From Candidatus Omnitrophota bacterium (GTDB taxonomy: Bacteria > Omnitrophota > Gorgyraeia > 2-02-FULL-51-18), in the NCBI GenBank assembly GCA_023247915.1, contig JAHFFN010000002.1, forward strand, positions 1,202 to 65,201: a stretch of 64,000 nt of DNA. The letters run 5' to 3'. This document shows, piece after piece, positions 48,282 through 61,721 of the stretch (positions within the stretch are counted from its first letter, which is position 1; every line of letters starts with the position of its first letter). Under the pieces are notes generated by a model. The model searched no databases. It saw only the letters and a list, made by a program, of their open reading frames with translations, and was not told where the DNA came from. The translations under genes and the position numbers were made by a program.

Positions 48282-48749
48282 ATGATGGCATTACCAAAAG
48301 AAGGGGCGAAGGCGCCGGATTTTAATTTGGAAGCAAGTCATGGGAAAAAAGTATCGCTAAAAGATTTAAAAGGACAGAGAATCGTTCTTTATTTCTATCC
48401 CAAAGATGATACCCCGGGATGCACGGTGGAGGCCTGCGCGTTTAGAGACACCATAAAGAAAATTGAGAAAACCGATACGATTGTTTTAGGTGTGAGCCCC
48501 GACAATACCGCGTCACATAACAAATTTATCGATAAATTTAAATTACCGTTTCTTCTTTTAAGCGATCCCGACAAAAAGGTTTGCGAAGCCTACGGCGTCT
48601 GGGTCGAGAAGAGTATGTACGGCAAAAAATACATGGGCGTCGCCCGCACCACCTTCATCATCTCCAAAGACGGCAAACTCGAAAAAATCTACGAAAAAGT
48701 CAAACCCGAAGGCCACGCAGAAGAGATCCTGCAATATTTGAATGGTTAA
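48282..48749 (+). CDS. bcp: thioredoxin-dependent peroxiredoxin Bcp
   Basis: GQRIVLYFYPKDDTPGCTVEACAFRD contains the peroxidatic Cys motif. 155 aa. Confidence 0.9.
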   Translation: MMALPKEGAKAPDFNLEASHGKKVSLKDLKGQRIVLYFYPKDDTPGCTVEACAFRDTIKKIEKTDTIVLGVSPDNTASHNKFIDKFKLPFLLLSDPDKKVCEAYGVWVEKSMYGKKYMGVARTTFIISKDGKLEKIYEKVKPEGHAEEILQYLNG

Positions 48750-49080
48750 AATTATATTTAAGGGTGAAAAAACCATAGAAGTTCCAAAGGGAACAACCAT
48801 TCTCGAGGCGGCGATGGAACATGGGGTCGCTCTGTACCATACTTGTGGAGGGAATTGTTCTTGTAGCACGTGTCATGTGCGCGTGTTAAGCGGCGCCGAA
48901 AATCTATCGGTTATGTCCTTGGAAGAAGCACAGGTGCTGGATTCTTTTGATTTAAAATCTCCGATTCGGCTTGGTTGCCAATCAGAGGTGTTAAGAGCCG
49001 AAGTGGAAGTCGAAATTCCCTCGCGTTCAAAAGAGCCAAGACCTAATAAAACACCACCTGTTCCAGATTCTCATGACTAA
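48742..49080 (+). CDS. 2Fe-2S ferredoxin
   Basis: The cysteine ligands are in TCGGNCSCSTCHV plus the downstream LGCQ. 112 aa, overlapping both neighbours. Confidence 0.8.
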   Translation: MVKIIFKGEKTIEVPKGTTILEAAMEHGVALYHTCGGNCSCSTCHVRVLSGAENLSVMSLEEAQVLDSFDLKSPIRLGCQSEVLRAEVEVEIPSRSKEPRPNKTPPVPDSHD

Positions 49081-50050
49081 TTCCAACCCCCCTTTCATCG
49101 GAGTAGCATCGCTAGCTTTATCACTCGCGGTCAATACGGCTATTTTTCATACGATAGACCAGTCTTTTCATCCTAATAAACAAGAAGCTAAGAAAATTGA
49201 ACAAAAAATGGTTCAACTTCAAAAAAATACGCGTCATAATAAATTGGAATTTACCTTTGTTGAAGCGCCGCCGCAGAAAATTTTAAGTAAGCCGTCTCCA
49301 CAAGCCAAGCATATCGCCGCTCATGACGCTGTGAATCAAGACTTAGCAAAAATAAAGCCCATTGTCGATGGAGATCCTTCCATCAAGAATCAAGCCATCA
49401 TGGATCAGCTGAGGCAAATGCAGGCAAGCGCTGTTCCGTCGCCACCTACACCGGCTTCGCAAGCCGTTCAAGCATCTCAAGCGGCTCCCGAGCATAAAGC
49501 GACCCCAGAAAAAGAATCAACGAAAGCCGAAACACCTTCAGATATTCCGTCCATCGTTAAACCCATAGAAGAAACTAAGAAAGTTGAAGAAAAACCCTCG
49601 GAGGCTAAGCCCGAACAAACTCCTCAGAAAGCCCAGGCGGCTTCTCCTGGATCTACCGGCGGCGATCGGATCACAACACAAGAATTCTCTAGGAGTAAAT
49701 CCTCTGGTGCTAAAATTTATGGAATGACTTCCTTTGAGGCGACCGGATCTGGGATGGGTGTTTACATGAAGAATTTAAAAGAAAAAATTTGGGCTGTTTG
49801 GTTCCCAAACGTCTCTTTCAAATACCCGCAGGATTTTCATACGGCAGATGTTGTGATTGGATTTGTTTTGGATAGCAAAGGAGATGTGAAAATCCTTCAA
49901 GTCTTAGAAGATGGCGGCAACCCCACTTTCGCAGGTTATTGTCTCGACTCCATCCAAAAAGCCGGAAACTTTGGCCCACTCTCCCAAGAAATCATTGCCC
50001 TCCTCGGAAAAGAAGAGTTAGAAATCAAATTCGCCTTCCACTATCGGTAA
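49073..50050 (+). CDS. TonB-family protein (N-terminal anchor, Pro/Ala/Lys-rich spacer, TonB-C-like domain)
   Basis: The hydrophobic N-terminus is FIGVASLALSLAVNTAIF. A proline-rich spacer (AVPSPPTPASQAVQ...) follows. The C-terminal block YMKNLKEKIWAVWFPNVSF...ADVVIGFVLDSKGDVKILQVLEDGGNPTFAGYCLDSIQKAGNFGPL resembles TonB_C. Confidence 0.6.
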   Translation: MTNSNPPFIGVASLALSLAVNTAIFHTIDQSFHPNKQEAKKIEQKMVQLQKNTRHNKLEFTFVEAPPQKILSKPSPQAKHIAAHDAVNQDLAKIKPIVDGDPSIKNQAIMDQLRQMQASAVPSPPTPASQAVQASQAAPEHKATPEKESTKAETPSDIPSIVKPIEETKKVEEKPSEAKPEQTPQKAQAASPGSTGGDRITTQEFSRSKSSGAKIYGMTSFEATGSGMGVYMKNLKEKIWAVWFPNVSFKYPQDFHTADVVIGFVLDSKGDVKILQVLEDGGNPTFAGYCLDSIQKAGNFGPLSQEIIALLGKEELEIKFAFHYR

Positions 50051-50239
50051 TCTGTAGATCTAGGCGGCGGGTGGCGAGCTTTGCCGGAGCGCGGCGTGTG
50101 AGTGTCGCGCACGCATGGAGATCATAGCTTTTATTCGAAGTGCGCGACGCTCGCATGAGTGAGATTTTCCTCGCAGGGGAAAATCGAACGGCCGCGCGGA
50201 GGCAATGCGAGCCAGGCCCTGCCGCCCGGAAGTGTCTAC

Positions 50240-53681
<3,442 letters not shown>

Positions 53682-53685
<4 letters not shown>

Positions 53686-55526
53686 AAAAGCGCCTCAATC
53701 TGTTGTTTGATTTCTCTAATTTTGAAAGGTTGACCGGTCACACGATTGTAGCCGACGGCGTGAACACCTTCGTATTCTCCGCGAATCAACAGCAAAAGCT
53801 GACCCATATTGATTTCAGGAATCAGGACTTTGTCGAAATTTTTTAAAATACTGCCAAGATTTTTTGGGAAAGGATTGATGTAATGAAGATGACAATGCGA
53901 AACTCCCTTGCCTTCCAGCTGCATTTCTTCAACGGCTGCGCGCACGGAACCGAAAGTACCGCCCCAGCTAAGAACCAGCAATTTTCCTTTATCCGCACCA
54001 AACACTTCCGCCAGGGGAATGTCATTGGCGATCCCGCGGATTTTATCGCGGCGAAGCTCGGTCATGCGGTGGTGATTGGCCGCGTCATAACTGACGGCAC
54101 CGGTTTTATCCGCTTTTTCAATGCCGCCGATGCGATGTTCAAGCCCTGGTGTGCCGGGGATCGCCCACGGACGCGCCAATGTTTTTTCATCGCGCACAAA
54201 AGGTAAAAAGGGACCGTCACCTTCTTTTTTGGTGACTTGTTTCACCTGGATTTTTTTTAATTCAGAAATTTCGGGAAGTTTCCAAGGCTCGGCGCCGTTG
54301 GCAATGTAGCCGTCCGATAGAAAAAAGACGGGCGTCATGTATTTGGTGGCGATGCGAATCGCTTCTAAAATCATATCAAAACAATTGGAAGGGGTTGAGG
54401 CCGCCAACACGACCAGCGGTGAATCGCCATTACGGCCAAACATCACCTGAAGCAAATCCGACTGCTCTGTTTTTGTGGGGAGACCCGTCGACGGACCGCC
54501 ACGTTGGATATTTAGAATCACCAGCGGCAATTCCACCATGATGGCTAGATTAATCATTTCCGATTTCAGACAAACACCGGGGCCGCTGGTCGCGGTGACG
54601 CCGATTTGTCCGCCGAAAGAGGCGCCCAAAGCCGCGCCGCAAGCGGCGATCTCATCTTCCGCTTGAAAAGTCGCGACATTGAAATTTTTGCGATACGAAA
54701 GCTGGTGGAGAATGTCGCTGGCCGGTGTGATCGGGTAGGTGCCGTAAAAAATCTGTTTGCCGGTGAGTTCCGAGGCGGCGACTAGGCCTAGCGCCGTCGC
54801 TTCATTGCCGGTAATCTTGCGATAAGAGCCAGGGAGAATATTTTCCGCTTTCTTGACGGTATAACGCGCGATCGCGGTTTCGGTAATGTCGCCGAAATTA
54901 TACCCGGCCTTGAGCGCCATGATATTCGCCTCGGCGATTTCAGGTTTTTTGGCAAATTTATCTTTGGTCCATTCGATCGTATGATCGAGAGAGCGGCCGT
55001 ACATCCAAAACAAAAGTCCTAGTGCGAAATAATTTTTGCAACGATCCATTTCCGAAGATTTGATTTTGGATTCGGAGAGCGCATTTTTAGTGAGTGTTGA
55101 AAAAGGAACTTTTTTAATCGCAAAATCTTTGAGGGAATTATCTTCAAGTGGATTGGACTTCCATCCGGCTTTTTTTAAATTATCTTCCGTGAAAGAGTCG
55201 GAATTAGCGATCAGGAGACCGCCCTTCACTAAATCGTTGATATTTACTTTGAGTGCCGCGGGATTCATGACCACGAGCACATCCGGCGCATCACCGGCGG
55301 TGTAAACCTCTTTGCGGCTGAATTGAATCTGGAAGCTTGAGACGCCCGGAAGCGTGCCTTGGGGCGCGCGAATTTCCGCCGGAAAATCCGGCAGTGTCGC
55401 GATGTCATTGCCCATCATCGCCGAAGTATCGGTGAGCTGATCGCCGGTCAACTGCATGCCGTCGCCGGAGTCTCCGGCGATACGGATAATAACGGAATCG
55501 ACTTCTTTCTGAACAAGATTAGCCAT
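53682..55526 (-). CDS. korA: 2-oxoacid:ferredoxin oxidoreductase alpha subunit (fused gamma+alpha type)
   Basis: 614 aa. The gamma-like N-terminus reads IRIAGDSGDGMQLTG. The alpha core has GNEATALGLVAA, YPITPASDIL and LQVMFGRNGDSP. A 4-nt overlap joins it to korB. Confidence 0.9.
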
Positions 55527-55531
55527 ATTTT

Positions 55532-56011
55532 TTAACCACCTTCAATCGTGCTATGAATTTGATCTGCTTTAGGAGGCAAGTTAAAGACCCCCGTGGGAAA
55601 CAATTCTGACAAAAAGGAGACAATGGTGCGTATCGACAAAATTCCTGAAACTTGTCCAAAATCATCGACTAGAGGCACGTGACGGATATTAAATTGAAAC
55701 ATCGCGTTGAGCGCGTCGCCGACGGTGTCCGATTTTTTCAGCGTGTGGACATCTTTGCGCATGTATTTATTGACGGGCTCCGTCAAGGAAACCCCGTCTT
55801 TAAGCACATTCATCAAGACTTCGCGCTCGGTAAACATGCCTACAACTTTCGAATGCTCGTCCGCGATTACAATATAACCCGCTTTTTCGCTGTGCATGAG
55901 ATCCAAGGCTTCTTGGAGGGAAATCGTCGGGAGAGCCATCACGAGCTTAGGCCTTAAGATTTGGTAAATTTTGGTATCTTTTAAAATCTCTTCAATAGAT
56001 TTTGAGGGCAT
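55532..56011 (-). CDS. stand-alone CBS-domain-pair protein
   Basis: 159 aa with two CBS units (LVMALPTISLQEALDLMHSEKAGYIVIAD...VVGMFTEREVL; DVHTLKKSDTVGDALNAMFQFNIRHVPLVD...ILSIRTIVSFL). It is the first gene of the minus-strand operon. Confidence 0.85.
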   Translation of the reverse strand: MPSKSIEEILKDTKIYQILRPKLVMALPTISLQEALDLMHSEKAGYIVIADEHSKVVGMFTEREVLMNVLKDGVSLTEPVNKYMRKDVHTLKKSDTVGDALNAMFQFNIRHVPLVDDFGQVSGILSIRTIVSFLSELFPTGVFNLPPKADQIHSTIEGG

Positions 56012-56090
56012 AGCTAATCCTTACATTTGGGAAAAGTCATTATAGCATAAACCATGGCACAAATCATGATTTCTAGGTAGAATACGGCTC

Positions 56091-57266
56091 ATGGCTACCG
56101 ATGAACGAATGATCAAAAAACTAAGCGAATTTGGTGATGGTTTTAAGCACCATCACGAAAACTATGCCGTCTCCGATATCTCTAAGATACGGGAGACAGG
56201 GGGGATATGGGAATTGGACGGTGTTTCCTTCCATTTTCCCGAGCATTTTGGTTTTTGCTATGGGGTCGATAAAGCCATCGACATGGTCTTTGAGACCTGC
56301 GCCCGCTTCCAAGGGGAGCGTATTTTTTTGACCGACCAATTAATCCATAACCCCTATATTAACAACAAGTTAACAGAAAAAGGGGTGTCCTATCTCAAGC
56401 GGGATAGCCAAAATCTTTTGATTTGTGACCAGCTTCGCGCTGGGGATAAAGTCGTCGTTTCGGCCTTTGGGACGGATTTCCGGGACATCAAGGCTTTGAG
56501 AGAAAAAGGCGTTACCATCGTGGATTCGACCTGCGGCGCGATTATCAATGTTTGGAAGCGGGTCGAAGGCTATGCCAAAAAAGGGTTTATTACCATCATG
56601 CATGGCAAGCGCAATCACGAGGAAACGCGCGCGACCGTTTCCCAAGCGGTGAAAGAGGGGGGTCTTTACATCACCATTGAGAACAAAACGGAGGCGCGGG
56701 AGCTGGCGCTTGTGATTTTGGGTCAAATCAGTGAAAAAGAATTTTTAGCCAAATACCCAACAGCTTCCCCGGCCGGGTTTTCATTTGATACGGCCACTTG
56801 CAAAATGGGCATGGCCAATCAAACGACGATGTTGAAGGGGGAGTCACTCGAGATTCAGGATATTTTAAGAAAGGCGTTTATCGAGCGTTACGGCGAAGAA
56901 GCCACGCGCGAGCGTTTTCGCAGTTTTGACACGATTTGCGGTGCGACCCAGGATCGGCAGGATGCCTTAAGAAAACTTTTGAATACCAAACTTGATTTGG
57001 TGTTGATTGTCGGGGGATTTAATAGTTCCAACACAACGCATTTGGCGGAGATCGCCTGGAATCGACTGCCGATTTTCCACATCGAAGGCGAGGCGGATAT
57101 TTTATCGAAAACGCAGATCCGCGCGCGTAATCCTCAGACAAGCGCAGTTTCCGTCGAGACAGATTGGTTTCCTAAAAATTTAAAAAATGTGGGAATCACT
57201 TCGGGCGCTTCTACGCCGGATGTGACGCTTTTGGAAATTATACGGAAGATTTGCGAACTGAAATAA
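56091..57266 (+). CDS. ispH: 4-hydroxy-3-methylbut-2-enyl diphosphate reductase (IspH/LytB), long form
   Basis: FGFCYGVDKAIDM, STCGAIINVWKRVE, HGKRNHEETRAT, MANQTTM, DTICGATQDRQDA and VGGFNSSNTTHL match the IspH blocks, including the three Fe-S cysteines. The N-terminal extension is ~45 aa. Confidence 0.9.
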   Translation: MATDERMIKKLSEFGDGFKHHHENYAVSDISKIRETGGIWELDGVSFHFPEHFGFCYGVDKAIDMVFETCARFQGERIFLTDQLIHNPYINNKLTEKGVSYLKRDSQNLLICDQLRAGDKVVVSAFGTDFRDIKALREKGVTIVDSTCGAIINVWKRVEGYAKKGFITIMHGKRNHEETRATVSQAVKEGGLYITIENKTEARELALVILGQISEKEFLAKYPTASPAGFSFDTATCKMGMANQTTMLKGESLEIQDILRKAFIERYGEEATRERFRSFDTICGATQDRQDALRKLLNTKLDLVLIVGGFNSSNTTHLAEIAWNRLPIFHIEGEADILSKTQIRARNPQTSAVSVETDWFPKNLKNVGITSGASTPDVTLLEIIRKICELK

Positions 57267-58827
57267 AGCTCAAGAACACCGCTTCAAAAATCAAAAAGTA
57301 AATCACCCAATTCATTCCGCCGGTTCCGGCGCCGTAACTATGAAGTCCGCGCCCCAAGACAAAATTAACTCCATACCAAGTCATCAGCACCAATTGAAAG
57401 CCTAAAACGGAACTCAGTGCGATCTGGAAATCGCTGATTTTTTTGGCAAATTTAAGATGAATGACAATCAGATACCCAAGAAATGTGATGAGTGCCCACG
57501 TTTCCTTGGGATCCCAGCCCCAGAAACGACCCCAAGACTCGTTGGCCCAGACGCCGCCGAGCACGGTGCCCGTGCCGATCAAAAGAACGCCTAATTGAAT
57601 CACGCGGTAAATCAGATCCGCCGATTCTTTTTCGGCTTTTTTGGAAAAGCGCGTGAATTTATTCAAAAAAAGATGGCGATGTCCCAAACCCATCGCCAAA
57701 CCAAAAGCGCCGTAACTGGAAACAATCGTCATCACGTGAATCGAGAGCCAATAATTGCTCCGGAGCACCGGCACCAACACTTCTAGGCTCGAATCAATCG
57801 GGAGAAGGTCGGCGTAAATCATGATGAACGCACTGACAAGAGAGCCAACCGTGAGCGCCGCGAGATTTTTTTTGATCGCGTAGAAAACCAGCGCGAAGAC
57901 GACAAGCGCCCAGTTCATGAAAATCATGGATTCGTACATATTGGATACCGGCGGGCGACCCAGAACAATAACGCGGGTGAGTATTCCGAAGCTATGGCAC
58001 ACAACAGCCGTGGCCATCAAAATCACTCCCGCGGGGCGTCCCCAAGGTTTGCTCACGAAGGTAAATAAAAGAAACGCGAAAAGATAAAATACCGCCGCCG
58101 CTTCAAAAGGTTTCCAGTGATTATAAAAAACTTCGAGATTTATTTTTGAAAGCGAAAGCTCCGGAGAGCCATTCTTTATTTTTTCAATCCAGTCTTCGGT
58201 TCCGGCTAAAAATTCCGAGTCCTTGGAGCCGTACAGGATAACGATTTTTTTAAAATCAGGCAAAAAGGGTGGATGAAATTCGTAGGGCGACAACCAATCC
58301 GTCCGGCCGGGCACCGGGATAAACTTGAGACTTTCTCCCGACGATAACGCTTCCACGGTTTTGAACTGATTGTAGAGCAGTTCCGCTTTTTGTTGAATGG
58401 CGGTAGGCCGGACATCGGCGTCCCGATTTTTTTTAGCGGCGCGAACCAGTGTTTGTATCGTTTCCGCTTGGGCGGAGAGCTCCTGGTAAGAAAAATAAAC
58501 GCGGGATTTGTCCAAGTTTAATTTTTCTTTGAGCGGTTCAAAATCGATACGGATGAATGAAATGGATTGCGCTGAGAAAGGATTTTTTAAAATCTCCAGC
58601 ATAAAAACAGTCGCGTCTTTTTTCTCCCAGCGTTCTTTTCCGGCGACGAGTTTGAGTGTTTGCTTCGAAAAAGAGCTCAGCGGTTTCAGACGCCCGTTGT
58701 GTTGGATGGGGATTCGTTCGGCGGCCATAAGCGCGTTTGATGCCTCTTTTTGGCAGCCTGCCAGCGAAAATGAAGCTAGGATTAAAATAAAAAACAAAAT
58801 AAATTTTTTAGACATGAGAGCGCGCAT
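57238..58827 (-). CDS. ccsA: system II cytochrome c biogenesis protein CcsA with ~250-aa N-terminal lipoprotein-like extension
   Basis: The WWD heme-handling motif is WANESWGRFWGWDPKETWALITF. The N-terminus MSKKFILFFILILASFSLAGC carries a lipobox (LAGC). The 3' end overlaps the ispH 3' end by 29 nt (convergent). Confidence 0.85.
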   Translation of the reverse strand: MRALMSKKFILFFILILASFSLAGCQKEASNALMAAERIPIQHNGRLKPLSSFSKQTLKLVAGKERWEKKDATVFMLEILKNPFSAQSISFIRIDFEPLKEKLNLDKSRVYFSYQELSAQAETIQTLVRAAKKNRDADVRPTAIQQKAELLYNQFKTVEALSSGESLKFIPVPGRTDWLSPYEFHPPFLPDFKKIVILYGSKDSEFLAGTEDWIEKIKNGSPELSLSKINLEVFYNHWKPFEAAAVFYLFAFLLFTFVSKPWGRPAGVILMATAVVCHSFGILTRVIVLGRPPVSNMYESMIFMNWALVVFALVFYAIKKNLAALTVGSLVSAFIMIYADLLPIDSSLEVLVPVLRSNYWLSIHVMTIVSSYGAFGLAMGLGHRHLFLNKFTRFSKKAEKESADLIYRVIQLGVLLIGTGTVLGGVWANESWGRFWGWDPKETWALITFLGYLIVIHLKFAKKISDFQIALSSVLGFQLVLMTWYGVNFVLGRGLHSYGAGTGGMNWVIYFLIFEAVFLSFISVRKSSV

Positions 58828-58829
58828 TT

Positions 58830-60560
58830 TTAATGTTTCTTTCCGGTAAAAAACGGATGAAAGTAAAAGAGTATTATAACACCGATGAGGATGATGATAG
58901 CCCCCGAGTAGATAAAGCGGATCCCGGGATTTTTCGCGATTGAGAACACGGAGGCTTCGCCTAGAGTCTCATCCTGAATATAGGAAGCTTGGAAAATCCG
59001 GTAACCGTTGTGATCCAGCGGTTTATTCATGGAAATCGTTTTCTCCGCCGATGGGTTTGTCACGACGACATCGCTTTCAAAGGAGGAAGGGCTGGAAGTG
59101 CCGGGATAATCGACTTTACGAAAATCTTTGAGCTTGATTGAAAAAGGAAGTGTCACGCTCTTAGGCTCGAGCGTAATTTTAAAAAGATTTTGATCACTGC
59201 CGAAAATCACAGGTTTCTTTTCCAGAAGCCAAACCCGTTCTTCGGAACCATCGTATCGCCGGATCAAAATCTCAGCGGCGGAGCTTTCGGATTCTTTTTG
59301 CTCTCCAATCTGCTTCAAAACTTTCGCGTGGTCAAAAAGAGAACGAACTTCCACCTGCATGTCCATCCACCCGGTTTTTATTTTTTCATTACGCTCTAAT
59401 TTGTGGAAGGGAACTTTGTCAGGATCTGTGTCGTGCGACGAGCGCACTTGATAGCTCCACTCGTGATTAGGGGTGGTAAAAAAAGTAAGCGAGGGTGTTT
59501 TGGGGGCGTTCCATCCCGGCGGAATGGGCGCGTCTAATTTGACCTCCAAATCAAAAAAGTTGTTAGGTGCCCCGCCTTTCAAAGATTCAAAATCTGGAAA
59601 CAGCATGAATTTGGTGTGATTTTCGCTGTGTTTTTTATCGGAGATTTCAAATTCTACGGCGGGATTAAAGTGAACCTCAACCGGGTCATTGACGAGCACG
59701 CTGTCTTTCACCTTGGCATTTGGCAGATAACGAATGTGAGATAATTTTAAGAAGCTTCCAGGAATCTTAATTTCCTTGGCATTGGGATCCAGTTCCACTT
59801 CAAACGTTTCATTGCTTGTTTTGGAATGAAGCAACAAACGCGGAAGAAGCAGTGTCGGCGCGTCCGGACTTTTGGGCTTGATTTCAAAATGGGCGGGACC
59901 TATCTCTTTGAAATAAGCATTCCGATCAAAGGGGTCTTTTTCGATCAGCACAAATGTTTCGTGAATGCCCATCATTTCGCCAGAGAGTGTCGCTTCCACC
60001 GCGTGGTTGGACGCCTCGGCGGCGGATCCTTCCACCAAACTTTCTTTCTCTCCCGCGTGTTCCAAGAAGCGCGTCACATAAATCTTAAGTCCGGGAATAT
60101 TGAATTTGATTTCACGCGGCTTACCGTTTTTAAAAGGAACCAGATTAATTTCCCGTATTTTAGAATCCTCGTCCACGACTTTGAGCGAATGTCCGTGGAG
60201 CAAGATGCGGTTTTTGGACTCGTCCTCAAAAATCGTCATTTGTCCTTCAATGCCCAAGGTGCGGGACAGGAAAGCGCCGATCAAAAGAGCTAAGATCCCG
60301 ATATGGGTGATCACGAAACCAATATGCTTTTTTTGGAAGGGAAAACGCGTCAACGTGGCGCAAAAAATATTGATCCACACCAGTCCTAAGAAAATATCAA
60401 ACCATCCGGCGTTATAAATCAGATTTTGCGCGAAAGGCGTGCCGTAGACGGACTCCGTGAATGTGGATACCGATAGCAGTATCACGAGCGCCGCAATCAA
60501 AAATAGGGCAAAGTTTAAGGAACCCAGGCGCTTAATGATCGACATAGGACGCTGTTTCAA
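58830..60560 (-). CDS. ccsB: system II cytochrome c biogenesis protein ResB/Ccs1 (CcsB)
   Basis: 576 aa with N-terminal TM helices (LNFALFLIAALVILLSV..., WFDIFLGLVWINIFCATLTRF), a large periplasmic domain and a C-terminal TM. It sits directly upstream of ccsA. The alternative start is M6 (60545). Confidence 0.8.
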   Translation of the reverse strand: MKQRPMSIIKRLGSLNFALFLIAALVILLSVSTFTESVYGTPFAQNLIYNAGWFDIFLGLVWINIFCATLTRFPFQKKHIGFVITHIGILALLIGAFLSRTLGIEGQMTIFEDESKNRILLHGHSLKVVDEDSKIREINLVPFKNGKPREIKFNIPGLKIYVTRFLEHAGEKESLVEGSAAEASNHAVEATLSGEMMGIHETFVLIEKDPFDRNAYFKEIGPAHFEIKPKSPDAPTLLLPRLLLHSKTSNETFEVELDPNAKEIKIPGSFLKLSHIRYLPNAKVKDSVLVNDPVEVHFNPAVEFEISDKKHSENHTKFMLFPDFESLKGGAPNNFFDLEVKLDAPIPPGWNAPKTPSLTFFTTPNHEWSYQVRSSHDTDPDKVPFHKLERNEKIKTGWMDMQVEVRSLFDHAKVLKQIGEQKESESSAAEILIRRYDGSEERVWLLEKKPVIFGSDQNLFKITLEPKSVTLPFSIKLKDFRKVDYPGTSSPSSFESDVVVTNPSAEKTISMNKPLDHNGYRIFQASYIQDETLGEASVFSIAKNPGIRFIYSGAIIILIGVIILFYFHPFFTGKKH

Positions 60561-61128
60561 GCACCACGCGATTGAGTTTGGGAGAAAGTTCCCGGCAGGC
60601 TTTTAAAAAATCATGATCCGCGTTTTCGTCGGCGACATCCGAGACAAGTTTTACGACGGCATAGTCCAAGCCGAAGTTCTCGCAAAAATGCGCCACCGCG
60701 TAAGACTCCATATCGCAGGTGATGGCGCCGTATTTTTTGGCGTAAGGACCATTTTGATAGGGATTTTCCGTCAGAAACCGGTCTTGAGTCAGCATCAATG
60801 TGTTTTTGGAACCCTTCCAATAGGCCGCCGATTTTTTACGGCGAATGAGATTGGGAAATTTCTCAAAAGGTTCTGCGTTGTAGTCTTGCTCGATAAAGGT
60901 GCGGGGCTCGACCACATCGCCAATGCTGAGGTTTTTGGTGAGACCCCCGGCAAAACCAATCAGGAGGATAAATCTTAATTTAGGATATTGTTTTAAAAGT
61001 TTAAAACAGGCTCCGGCCGCTCTAAGTTTTCCCATTCCCGAACAGATCAGAACGCTGTCTTGGCGAGCGAGTTTTTTGCGGTCTAAGGCTTTGTATTCAA
61101 AACTACTTGGACAAATAATGCCGATCAT
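60532..61128 (-). CDS. nucleoside phosphorylase-I family protein (MtnN / futalosine hydrolase-like nucleosidase)
   Basis: 198 aa. MIGIICPSSFEYKAL, ILLIGFAGGL and ITCDMESYAVAHFC are typical PNP_UDP_1 blocks. The precise substrate is not assignable. Confidence 0.65.
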   Translation of the reverse strand: MIGIICPSSFEYKALDRKKLARQDSVLICSGMGKLRAAGACFKLLKQYPKLRFILLIGFAGGLTKNLSIGDVVEPRTFIEQDYNAEPFEKFPNLIRRKKSAAYWKGSKNTLMLTQDRFLTENPYQNGPYAKKYGAITCDMESYAVAHFCENFGLDYAVVKLVSDVADENADHDFLKACRELSPKLNRVVLETASYVDH

Positions 61129-61130
61129 GG

Positions 61131-61661
61131 CTAATAGGTGATCAGAGAATGGACGGGATGTTTTTTGAGCTGAGTACGGCCTTGGAGGCCGGCAAGTTCG
61201 ATTAAGAAATAAATCCCCGCGATTTTCGCGCCGAATTTTTCCACCAAATGCACGGCTGCTTTCACGGTGCCGCCCGTGGCGAGCACATCATCCACAATAA
61301 GGACTTTTGAATTTTTTTTGATCGCGTCCGCGTGGATCTCGACCACCGCTTTTCCATATTCCAAATCGTAGGCCACCTGAAACTTGCGATAGGGGAGCTT
61401 TCCTCCTTTGCGGATAGGCACAAATCCCGCTCCGAGCGCGTACGCCAAGGCCGACCCGAAAATAAATCCGCGCGACTCGATGGAAATCACATAATCAATT
61501 TTTTTAGGCGACAGCGCCACAAAGCGTTGAATGCACTTTTTGAATTTTTTACGGTCTAGAAGGAGGGGAGTGATGTCCCGAAAAAGGATCCCTTTTTTCG
61601 GAAAATCAGGAATCGAGCGGATGCATTTTTTTAATTCTTTCATGGGGATAAGTGTAATCAT
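61131..61661 (-). CDS. apt: adenine phosphoribosyltransferase
   Basis: IRSIPDFPKKGILFRDITPLL, plus the PRPP-binding motif KVLIVDDVLATGGT. Confidence 0.95.
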   Translation of the reverse strand: MITLIPMKELKKCIRSIPDFPKKGILFRDITPLLLDRKKFKKCIQRFVALSPKKIDYVISIESRGFIFGSALAYALGAGFVPIRKGGKLPYRKFQVAYDLEYGKAVVEIHADAIKKNSKVLIVDDVLATGGTVKAAVHLVEKFGAKIAGIYFLIELAGLQGRTQLKKHPVHSLITY

Positions 61662-61721
61662 TTAAACGATAAAAATCTAGATAATTTACGGTATAATTTC
61701 CTATTAAAGGAGTGGTGAATC

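Noticed and set aside
56055-56068. TGGCAC hexamer upstream of ispH, suggesting a sigma-54 -24 element.
   Set aside because: There is no GC (-12, TTGC-like) element at the required spacing; the sequence there is ATCATGAT. It was therefore not called.
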